Positions 42,001 to 48,800 of a DNA stretch of 64,000 nt are shown piece by piece. The notes under the pieces are model-generated. The model was not told the DNA's origin. It saw only the letters and a program-made list of their open reading frames with translations, and made no database searches. The translations under genes and the position numbers were made by a program. This DNA comes from Candidatus Tenderia sp. (GTDB taxonomy: Bacteria > Pseudomonadota > Gammaproteobacteria > Tenderiales > Tenderiaceae), in contig JANOSY010000088.1 of NCBI GenBank assembly GCA_031416075.1, positions 9,504 through 73,503 on the forward strand, given 5' to 3'. Position 1 is the first letter of the stretch, and each line of letters begins with the position of its first letter.

Positions 42001-44711
42001 GCACTGAAGTCACCCAGGTAAACAGTGGCATAGAAACCAATAACTACATCCTTAACCTCTCCGGCCAGTCTGGCACCATCCCCACCGGGGCAAAACTTGG
42101 GTTTCGTACCCGTGGTATCTCTGTCAGCCCCAGCTTCAGGATCTATGTGGGTAATCTGGATGGCAGGACACCCAGCAACCTCTCCGGTCATCTAATCGTC
42201 AACGAGGCCGTGGGCAGCAGCGATACCACCGCCCCGGCCAGTGTCACGCTCTCTACCGGTACCATCACCAACAACTCCGTGCTGCTGAACTGGGTATCAC
42301 CGGGGGATGATGGCAATACCGGCACCGCCCAGATCTACGACATCCGTTACTCCACCGCCGCCATCACGGCGGGCAACTGGGCCAGCGCCACCCAGGTAGG
42401 CGGGGAACCAACACCTCTGGTGGCGGGCACTGCCCAGACCTATACCGTGACCGGGCTGGCCCCCAATACCCTCTACTACTTTGCCATCAAAACCGGCGAC
42501 GAGACACCCAACTGGTCAGCGGTCTCCAACTCCCCCAGCGCCACCACCTACGATCCACCGGTGGGTGGCTTTAGTGTCGATAATGTGATCCCCGCCACCC
42601 AGATCAGCCAGTCCACCAACGGTTCAGGCATCATCACCATCAACTGGAAGGGGCGCGACAATCAGGCCAATAACGTCACACTCAAAACCTTTCAGTACAG
42701 CGTGGACGGTGGGGCTAGCTGGAACGCCCCCACCAACGGCGACGCCTCCGCCGCACTCTCCGCCACCTGGAGCAACAACGGCGGCAGTGGCTGGACCACC
42801 GCCACCACCTTGGCTGCCGCTCCTGTCAACAGCTTCACCTTCAATACCAAACATGCCAATGTCTCGGGGTTAAACGGGGTGGACCAGAACGATGTACGGG
42901 TCCGGTTTCTATTACGTGATGCCACTATGGATAGCCAGAGCTATGTCACCTCGACCGATTTTCGTATCGATGCCCTTGCCCCTACCGCGACCATTGGCAG
43001 CGCCATTTACGATGCTGCCAACGACCTGCTGACCATCACCGGCACCAACTTCACCACCATTGCGGCGGCCAGCACCGACATCAAAGCCTATGTCGACTGG
43101 AGCAAATTTGTCTGGGACATCAACGGCGACAACGCCACCACCACCGACATCAGCTTTGTGCTGGGTGACATCACCAGCCTGATCATCACCGACGATACCA
43201 CCATCACCCTGCAGTTCAGTGCCGCCAAAGGGATCGCCATCGAAGCCACCGCCGGCTACAGCACCACAGGCGGGGTCGACACCCTCGATGTTGCCGCCGG
43301 TTTTGCCCGAGACGACTACGGCAATGCCGCCACCACCGATGCGGTGGCCAACGGGCCACTCGTTACCACCTCGGTCTCAGGGATACTCTACGATACCGAC
43401 CGCACCACCAGCCTCGGTTTTGGCATGACGGTACGGCTACTCATCAACGGCGCCAGCATGGGCTCCACCACCACCGACGGCAGTGGTCGCTATACCTTCT
43501 GGAATAACGTCAGTGCCGGCAATGCCATTCTGGTCTACATCGACAATGGTGCCAGCACCGCCATCAGCGCCACCGTTACCGCCAACGCCAGCCTCTCGGA
43601 CTTTGATCTCTACGCCAGCCATCTGGTGGCCCGCCACGATAATGGGGGCGCACTCAGCAACGCCAACCTGGGAAGTGCCAAGGGGGCGTATGTCGACACC
43701 GATATTGTTTACTCCGTCACCGGCAGCGCGTTAACCGTCAGTGGCAGCGCCACCCGGCTACACATCCCGGCGGGCAAAAGTTTTACCCCGGAGGGCAACG
43801 TCACCACCCCGGCCATGAGTAATCTTGGCACCTTTGTCGGCGGCAGTGGTGCCATTACCATCAATGGCAACCTGAGTAACAGCGGCAGTTATACCGCCAG
43901 CAGCGCCACCACCACTGTTGCTGCTGACTTCAGCAACAGCGGTACCTTTACAGCCGCAGGCGGTACCGTGCTGCTTAACGGTATCAATCAAAACATCACG
44001 GGGACCACTACCTTCTTCAACCTGACCAAAACCGTGGCCACCGCCGACACCCTATTTTTCAGCGTCGGCTCCACCACCACCGTCACGGGTAGCGCCACCC
44101 TGCAGGGGGCATCGGGCCAGCCACTGAGTCTGCTCTCGATCACCCCCGGCAGCCGCTGGAACTTCAACATCGGCAGCAGCGCCACTAAGTCCTTCAGTTT
44201 TCTGAATGTGATCGACAGTGACGCCTCAGGCTCTGCCGCTGCCAAAAAACCGCTCATCGCCCAACCCAGCAACTCTACCGACAGCGGCAACAATGTGGAC
44301 TGGTTTGGCCTGCCCTCCATCTCGGTGATCAAATCCAGTACCCTGATATCCGACCCCGTTAACGGCACCACCAGCCCGCTGCATATCCCGGGGGCAATCC
44401 TTAACTATCAGATCCTCACCACCAACTCTGGCAACGGCTCACCCGATACCAATACCGTGGTGGTAACCGATGCACTGGACTCCAGCAAGCTTGAGTTTGA
44501 TGTCACCACCGGCATCACCTTTACCGCCAATACCTCGGGACTGACACTGGGCACAGTGAGTTATGCCCATACCGCCACCCCCACCACCTATACCTACACC
44601 CCCACCGGCCCCTACGACGCCAATGTGGCGGGCATCAAGATCACCACCAGCGGTACGTTTGCCAGCGCCGGTGCCAGCTTTACCCTCAACTTCCGCGTCC
44701 GCATAAAATAG
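39093..44711 (+). CDS. Giant (1872 aa) secreted beta-helix / FN3 / DUF11 surface protein (adhesin-like)
   Basis: Signal-like N-terminus RFIQLCLLATLLLVVLLPRPGVAA. It carries right-handed beta-helix repeats (NVIAGNGGPGIYIVSNSNTVQGNYIG, NVIAGNGADGINHSSTGSNTVQGNYIG), two FN3-like modules, and a C-terminal DUF11 domain (ISVIKSSTLISDPVNGTTSPLHIPGAILNYQILTTNSGNG). Confidence 0.75.
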   Translation: MDSTMRYGRFIQLCLLATLLLVVLLPRPGVAAITATTLFEGSTDGDASAYTGPSLSPSANNLILVWITNTRSSSPTVPTFTGNGLTWVQVATVTWGSSGSPTARTTLFRAMGSSPATGINSIDFAGNTQTGVAMSMIQFNNVDITGSNGANALVQSVTGRTDSASSTAGLSLTLAALGNVANASVGGFSNFINSATSISPGSGYTASSGTTYLAPSISLRAEWKSAGSTIVNVTQSGTSHIGGIAVELKADLCAGNVVTTIANSGDGSLRECIIKANLNPGTTITFNITAAANQSSGANSWWRITPTTALPTITAANTVIDATTQTSNRGNTNTLGPEVELNGATVGAGGWDGFGVASPATGVIIRGFIINQWSGSGISLWSGSGTIRGNYIGTNYAGTSALANTSYGLYLNTNGNTVGGTSAADRNVIAGNGGPGIYIVSNSNTVQGNYIGVNASAGAIVANSGHGVQILSGATGNTIGGTAAGAGNVIAGNGADGINHSSTGSNTVQGNYIGTNASSATLSNGGNGIAISAGTLNVGNASESQSNIIGPNSGAGINLAGGTVNLAGSVTVRGNMALASGTLAMGSATLNLSGNWSRTSTTVTTGTSTVVLNGTALQSLTMNGSNFNNLTITNGSVAGISFNDGFNAANITNTTPASRLTFKAGATYTLSGTLTLVGSSGNQIILLSDSPGTRFTLNPTAGAQSVNYVNVKDSQASTNNITADNSTNSGGNDDAEAAPRWVFNAPDTTPPARIIDLTVTSSTTSSITLNWTSPGDDNNSGTATSYDLRYSTSPITAGNWASATQAVGEPTPLVAGSSQSFSVTGLAAATTYYFVMTTSDEVPNTSALSDSAVGTTGGGGGGNVSYYAKRSNSVSIASGITSNSGSCGTDPTAYYIEELSKNISDMCVTANAYRWEQLTAGSYSDHYFNTAYVANTTVTGVSYQVTIRDSGTVGFQLFYVTSGGTKTYLGTEVTQVNSGIETNNYILNLSGQSGTIPTGAKLGFRTRGISVSPSFRIYVGNLDGRTPSNLSGHLIVNEAVGSSDTTAPASVTLSTGTITNNSVLLNWVSPGDDGNTGTAQIYDIRYSTAAITAGNWASATQVGGEPTPLVAGTAQTYTVTGLAPNTLYYFAIKTGDETPNWSAVSNSPSATTYDPPVGGFSVDNVIPATQISQSTNGSGIITINWKGRDNQANNVTLKTFQYSVDGGASWNAPTNGDASAALSATWSNNGGSGWTTATTLAAAPVNSFTFNTKHANVSGLNGVDQNDVRVRFLLRDATMDSQSYVTSTDFRIDALAPTATIGSAIYDAANDLLTITGTNFTTIAAASTDIKAYVDWSKFVWDINGDNATTTDISFVLGDITSLIITDDTTITLQFSAAKGIAIEATAGYSTTGGVDTLDVAAGFARDDYGNAATTDAVANGPLVTTSVSGILYDTDRTTSLGFGMTVRLLINGASMGSTTTDGSGRYTFWNNVSAGNAILVYIDNGASTAISATVTANASLSDFDLYASHLVARHDNGGALSNANLGSAKGAYVDTDIVYSVTGSALTVSGSATRLHIPAGKSFTPEGNVTTPAMSNLGTFVGGSGAITINGNLSNSGSYTASSATTTVAADFSNSGTFTAAGGTVLLNGINQNITGTTTFFNLTKTVATADTLFFSVGSTTTVTGSATLQGASGQPLSLLSITPGSRWNFNIGSSATKSFSFLNVIDSDASGSAAAKKPLIAQPSNSTDSGNNVDWFGLPSISVIKSSTLISDPVNGTTSPLHIPGAILNYQILTTNSGNGSPDTNTVVVTDALDSSKLEFDVTTGITFTANTSGLTLGTVSYAHTATPTTYTYTPTGPYDANVAGIKITTSGTFASAGASFTLNFRVRIK
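41331..41660 (+). repeat. FN3-like module, copy 1 (internal duplication within the 1872-aa gene)
   Basis: DTTPPARIIDLTVTSSTTSSITLNWTSPGDDNNSGTATSYDLRYSTSPITAGNWASATQ...TTYYFVMTTSDEVPN. It shares a near-identical nucleotide stretch (catcacggcgggcaactgggccagcgccac) with copy 2. Confidence 0.8.
42222..42548 (+). repeat. FN3-like module, copy 2
   Basis: DTTAPASVTLSTGTITNNSVLLNWVSPGDDGNTGTAQIYDIRYSTAAITAGNWASATQ...TLYYFAIKTGDETPN. Confidence 0.8.
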
Positions 44712-44799
44712 CCCAGATGTACATTGGGGTGGTGTCCTGAAACCGAGGCACCGCCCATGGTATGCTCTCTTCCCTTGCAACAACCCTGACCCTCTCACC

Positions 44800-46161
44800 A
44801 TGAACCATGAGATCAAACTGCCGGAACGTGATGTGCTCACCGTCTCCCGCCTGGTGCGTGAAACACGCGCCGTGCTGGAGGGAAGTTTTCCGCTGCTCTG
44901 GCTGGAGGGCGAGATCTCCAACTACTCGCGCCCCGCCTCCGGCCACCTGTACTTCTCCTTGAAGGATGAGGCGGCGCAGGTGCGTTGTGCCATGTTCCGC
45001 ACCCGCAACCTGCAACTCCGTTTTGCCCCCACCAACGGCATGCAGGTGATGGTACGGGCGCGTATCACTATGTATGAACCACGCGGCGAGTTTCAGATTG
45101 TAGTGGAGCAGATGGAAGAGGGCGGCCTGGGTCTGCTGCAACGCAACTTCGAGGCACTGAAAACCCGTCTCGGTCAGGAGGGGCTGTTCGACACCGCCCA
45201 CAAAAGGCCACTGCCGACGATGCCGCAACGGCTGGGGGTAATCACCTCCGCCACCGGGGCCGCCATTCGCGACATCATCAGCGTGCTGAAACGGCGCTAT
45301 CCGGCGCTGCCGGTGCTGATCTACCCCGTACCGGTGCAGGGCGAGTCAGCGGGTCGTGAGATCGCGGCGGCAATCAAACTCGCCAACCAACGCAAGGAGT
45401 GCGATGTGCTGATCGTCGGCCGCGGCGGCGGCTCGCTGGAGGATCTCTGGGCCTTTAATGAAGAGGTGGTGGCACGGGCTATCTACACCAGCGCCATCCC
45501 CATCATCTCCGCCGTCGGCCATGAGGTTGACTTCACTATCGCCGACTTTGTGGCCGACCTACGCGCCGCTACCCCTTCCGCCGCCGCTGAACTGGTAACG
45601 CCGGATATGGCTGAGCTGAAACAGCGCCTGATGCAACAACAGCAACGTCTGCACAATCGCATCCGCGCCACACTGCAACAGTCACAACAACGGCTCAGCT
45701 GGTTAAGCAAACGGCTACAACAACAACACCCAGGGCAACAGCTCCAGCAAAAAGGACAAAGACTTGATGAGTTGGAGCAACGTCTGTTGCAGGGCATCAA
45801 CATGCAGCTGCGGCATCGGGGCCACCAGCTCCAGCAACTCACCACACGCCTACACCACAACTCACCACGCCACCGTCTGCAACAGCTAAAAACTCACCAT
45901 AAACAGCTACAACAGCGGCTCCACCGCGCCTGGCAGTCAACGCTGAACAACAAAAAACAGCAGCTCGCCGCCACCAGCCGCGCGCTCAACAACATCAGTC
46001 CGCTGGCAACACTGGAGCGGGGTTATGCCATCGTGCAACAGCTGCCTAAACGGCAAGTAGTTCGTGATGCAACGGTGATGCAGCCGGGTGATAAAATTCA
46101 GGCTCGCTTGTCCAAAGGGGTGTTGCTCTGCACCGTTGATGAAATTAAACAAGAGGTTTAA
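44800..46161 (+). CDS. xseA: Exodeoxyribonuclease VII large subunit
   Basis: 453 aa. LTVSRLVRETRAVLEGSFPLLWLEGEISNYSRPASGHLYFSLKD and the Gln-rich coiled C-terminus are typical of XseA. Confidence 0.94.
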   Translation: MNHEIKLPERDVLTVSRLVRETRAVLEGSFPLLWLEGEISNYSRPASGHLYFSLKDEAAQVRCAMFRTRNLQLRFAPTNGMQVMVRARITMYEPRGEFQIVVEQMEEGGLGLLQRNFEALKTRLGQEGLFDTAHKRPLPTMPQRLGVITSATGAAIRDIISVLKRRYPALPVLIYPVPVQGESAGREIAAAIKLANQRKECDVLIVGRGGGSLEDLWAFNEEVVARAIYTSAIPIISAVGHEVDFTIADFVADLRAATPSAAAELVTPDMAELKQRLMQQQQRLHNRIRATLQQSQQRLSWLSKRLQQQHPGQQLQQKGQRLDELEQRLLQGINMQLRHRGHQLQQLTTRLHHNSPRHRLQQLKTHHKQLQQRLHRAWQSTLNNKKQQLAATSRALNNISPLATLERGYAIVQQLPKRQVVRDATVMQPGDKIQARLSKGVLLCTVDEIKQEV

Positions 46162-47020
46162 TCCGTTGTTATCTACCTACAAAAATCTAGCCATACTGGC
46201 ATTGGCACTGCTCTTTTCACACGGCAGCTTGGCCGTCGAACTTCCATTGCAGCAGCTTGTGCCAGGCGGCGTTGCTCTATTACCCATCGCCAATGCCACA
46301 GACAAACAGCCACAAGCCGAATACAACGGCAAACCGGTGATGGTGATCAACAGTCAGGGGCGGTGGTATGCAGTGGTGGGCATCCCACTTGATGCTGCCA
46401 TCGGGCAACAACAGATCACCGTGACGCTGGCCGACGGCAGCGATGTCACCCAGACGTTCACCGTCAGCGACAAGGCTTACGAGACCCAGCGCCTCATCAT
46501 TGCAGACAAACGCAAGGTCGAGCCCAACGAGGAGGAGATGCAACGCATCACTCAGGAGAAGGTGGAGACGGACAAGGCGCTGGCCCACTGGGGCGATGCA
46601 CTGCTGACCGACAACCTGCAACTCGACCTACCGGTAGAGGGGCGGCTCAGCAGCGCCTTCGGCCTGCGCCGCTTTTTTAATGACCAACCACGCGCACCCC
46701 ACAGCGGTCTCGACATTGCCGCACCAGAGGGAACACCAATCAAGGCCCCTGCCAACGGTCGTGTAATTTTGAGCGGTGATTTCTTTTTTAACGGCAATGG
46801 CATCTACATCGACCACGGCCAGGGATTAGTCACCATGTACTGCCACATGAGCCGCATCGACGTAAAAGAGGGGCAAGAACTAAAGCGGGGCGAAATCATC
46901 GGCGCGGTGGGCATGACCGGCCGCGCCACCGGGCCACACCTGCACTGGGGGGTTAGCCTCAACGACGCACGGGTCAACCCATCACTATTTGTACCCGCAC
47001 TGATGAACAGAGTCCCATAA
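46139..47020 (+). CDS. M23 family metallopeptidase (murein endopeptidase-like), secreted
   Basis: Signal peptide KNLAILALALLFSHGSLA. M23 motifs HSGLDIAAPEGTPIKAPANG and GPHLHWGVSLN. The start is uncertain: ATG at 46139 overlaps xseA, and a TTG at 46166 sits 9 nt after AAGAGG. The ORF track starts at 46088. Confidence 0.85.
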   Translation: MKLNKRFNPLLSTYKNLAILALALLFSHGSLAVELPLQQLVPGGVALLPIANATDKQPQAEYNGKPVMVINSQGRWYAVVGIPLDAAIGQQQITVTLADGSDVTQTFTVSDKAYETQRLIIADKRKVEPNEEEMQRITQEKVETDKALAHWGDALLTDNLQLDLPVEGRLSSAFGLRRFFNDQPRAPHSGLDIAAPEGTPIKAPANGRVILSGDFFFNGNGIYIDHGQGLVTMYCHMSRIDVKEGQELKRGEIIGAVGMTGRATGPHLHWGVSLNDARVNPSLFVPALMNRVP

Positions 47021-47058
47021 ATAGCGGGTCACAGAAGACTATCAAGGAGGCCATCACC

Positions 47059-47445
47059 ATGAACAAGATTATTGCCACGGCTGTACTACTCATCATCCTT
47101 ACGGGCTGCAGCCAAATGCCCACCACCACACATACCGGTGGCCAGATCAACCACGTTGTGCTGATCTGGCTCAAAGATGCCGGAAACCCAGAGCAGCGTC
47201 ACCAGATTATCGAAGCAACCCGCACACTGGAACAGCTACCTGGCATTATCTCTGTGCATGTTGGCGCGGTCATACCCAGTGACCGCAAAGTTGTGGATGA
47301 TAGCTTTGACATCGGCGTGCATATGCTCTTCAGCGACCGTCAGAGCATGGAACATTATGGTAACCATCCCGAACATCAACGCATTCTCAACCAGATTGTC
47401 ATGCCACTGACAGAGCGCATACTCATTTATGACTTTGCACAATGA
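47059..47445 (+). CDS. Dabb (stress-responsive alpha/beta barrel) domain lipoprotein
   Basis: 128 aa. Lipobox LLIILTGC. The Dabb-like core is INHVVLIWLKD...HVGAV...FDIGVHMLFSDRQSMEHYGNHPEH. Confidence 0.8.
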   Translation: MNKIIATAVLLIILTGCSQMPTTTHTGGQINHVVLIWLKDAGNPEQRHQIIEATRTLEQLPGIISVHVGAVIPSDRKVVDDSFDIGVHMLFSDRQSMEHYGNHPEHQRILNQIVMPLTERILIYDFAQ

Positions 47446-48004
47446 TCTGACAAACCCCCATCACCATAGTAACAATATCAACAACATGCCCTCCGCTTGT
47501 TACCGTTAATAGTTAATATAAAAACCACTTTAAAATATGGCTTTTATAATTAATGAGTATTTCAAACCACTACGACAAATAAAATAAATTTTATAAATCA
47601 TAAATACCGCAAAACAATTACCCATCACACCTGTGAAACCTCACTCAAATACCTTTATTTAACACCTGTTTTTTTCAATTAAAACAAGAACATTAATGCA
47701 CTTTTATTGTTTATTTATAACGCTAAAACAACATAAATAACCATATTAAAAAAGACTTTATTAATACCCATATATGAAAAAAATATCACTCAACACAAAC
47801 TCAATATGTTTAGCACAAAATAACTTAATGAAAATTTAAGTTTTACGGTGTAGGATAAATTTCACCCTCAGCGACATAACCAGTTATTTCTTGGAATGTT
47901 GCACTCTCGGGATCACGAGAAGAGCAGAGGGGGGAGTACTGATATTTGAATGGTTCAAATATTAGAGGACTATGATTTAAATCACATTTACTAAGGAGAT
48001 TATT

Positions 48005-48127
48005 ATGGGTGGCGGCGGCGGTATGGGCGGTGGCGGTATGGGCGGTGGCGGCGGCGGTGGTATGGGCGGCGGCGGCGGTGGCGGCATGGGCGGCGGTGGC
48101 GGCGGTGGCGGTGGCGGCGGTATGTAG
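48005..48127 (+). CDS. Micro-ORF 1: 40-aa Gly/Met-only peptide MGGGGGMGGGGMGGGGGGGMGGGGGGGMGGGGGGGGGGGM
   Basis: Hand-translated. AAGGAG at 47993-47998, a 6-nt spacer, ATG at 48005, TAG at 48125-48127. Followed by a structured 3' region and terminator. A paralogue lies at 48540. Absent from the ORF track, which shows only the antisense artefact 47843..48139. Confidence 0.6.
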   Translation: MGGGGGMGGGGMGGGGGGGMGGGGGGGMGGGGGGGGGGGM

Positions 48128-48208
48128 CTCCCGGCTCACTATGCACCCTCTCTCTCATGTGAGGGGCTCATAGCACAGTTGTAATGGCATATTGCCATGC
48201 GATGAAAT

Positions 48209-48236
48209 GGGGGGGCATTATGTCCCCCTATTTTTT
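48209..48236 (+). terminator. Rho-independent terminator of micro-ORF 1 unit
   Basis: GGGGGGGCA-tta-TGTCCCCC followed by TATTTTTT. Confidence 0.7.
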
Positions 48237-48539
48237 ATGCCAAAAAACAACACCTACCCCCTATCCTCGCCCTCCATATCCCGTGTGCTCAATAGCTTAA
48301 TTACACACAAAAAATAAATCATTTTTCCTGTGCGGAATATATTTTCTATTTCCCAACAAATTTAAGGGAAGGTTAACATACCCGATGTAGTATCGATAAC
48401 ACCTTAAACGTTGTGCCTGCTTTTTGGCTTAACGACTTCTCTGAAACTATGACGAGATAATAAGGCAGTACCGGTCTTTGAGTTATCAACGACCCAATAT
48501 AAATATCAATTACTTTTAAATAAAACTAAGGAGTTAATC

Positions 48540-48608
48540 ATGGGTGGAATGAACGGTGGTCGTGGTGGTATGGGTGGCGGCGGTGGCGGTGGTGGCGGCG
48601 GCATGTAA
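48540..48608 (+). CDS. Micro-ORF 2: 22-aa Gly/Met-rich peptide MGGMNGGRGGMGGGGGGGGGGM
   Basis: Hand-translated. AAGGAG at 48528-48533, a 6-nt spacer, ATG at 48540, TAA at 48606-48608. It has the same SD geometry, the same MGG start and the same GGM-stop end as micro-ORF 1. Confidence 0.6.
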   Translation: MGGMNGGRGGMGGGGGGGGGGM

Positions 48609-48687
48609 TATGCCCGCGTCACGCACTCCCTCTCACTATTGAGAGGCATGTTGCGTACCGCTATGGCTAACGCCATACAATAAAAAT

Positions 48688-48716
48688 GGGAGGGCATGTC
48701 TGCCTCCCATTTTTTT
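48688..48716 (+). terminator. Rho-independent terminator of micro-ORF 2 unit
   Basis: GGGAGGGCA-tgtc-TGCCTCCC followed by ATTTTTTT. Confidence 0.7.
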
Positions 48717-48800
48717 CGTCAATAATTCCCTGGCCTACGCCATTACTCGATACTCAAATAACCCACCGCCTTACCCTTCATCTCTCAAAAATTTCTTTTA

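Noticed and set aside
33277-44921. Numerous minus-strand and alternate-frame ORFs inside the two giant genes (for example 35342..36460, 37124..37999, 36569..37069, 39495..40204)
   Set aside because: All are nested in or antisense to the continuous 2098-aa and 1872-aa ORFs. Their Gly/Ala/Val-rich composition mirrors the Thr/Ala/Gly/Asn-rich sense frame, and none has an independent start context.
47880-48004. Glycine riboswitch or sigma-54 promoter upstream of the Gly-rich micro-ORF
   Set aside because: I could not find the glycine-riboswitch conserved cores. The TGG...TTGC in cttggaatgttgca has the wrong spacing for a -24/-12 promoter.
47843-48139. 98-aa minus-strand ORF (MSRELHTAATATAATAAHAATAAAAHTTAAATAH...) from the ORF track
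   Set aside because: It is the antisense reading of the GGC/GGT-rich micro-ORF 1. It has low-complexity Ala/Thr/His content and no SD, whereas the plus strand has AAGGAG plus 6 nt plus ATG and a downstream plus-strand terminator.
48506-48697. 63-aa minus-strand ORF containing a poly-Pro run
   Set aside because: It is the antisense artefact of micro-ORF 2, for the same reasons as above.
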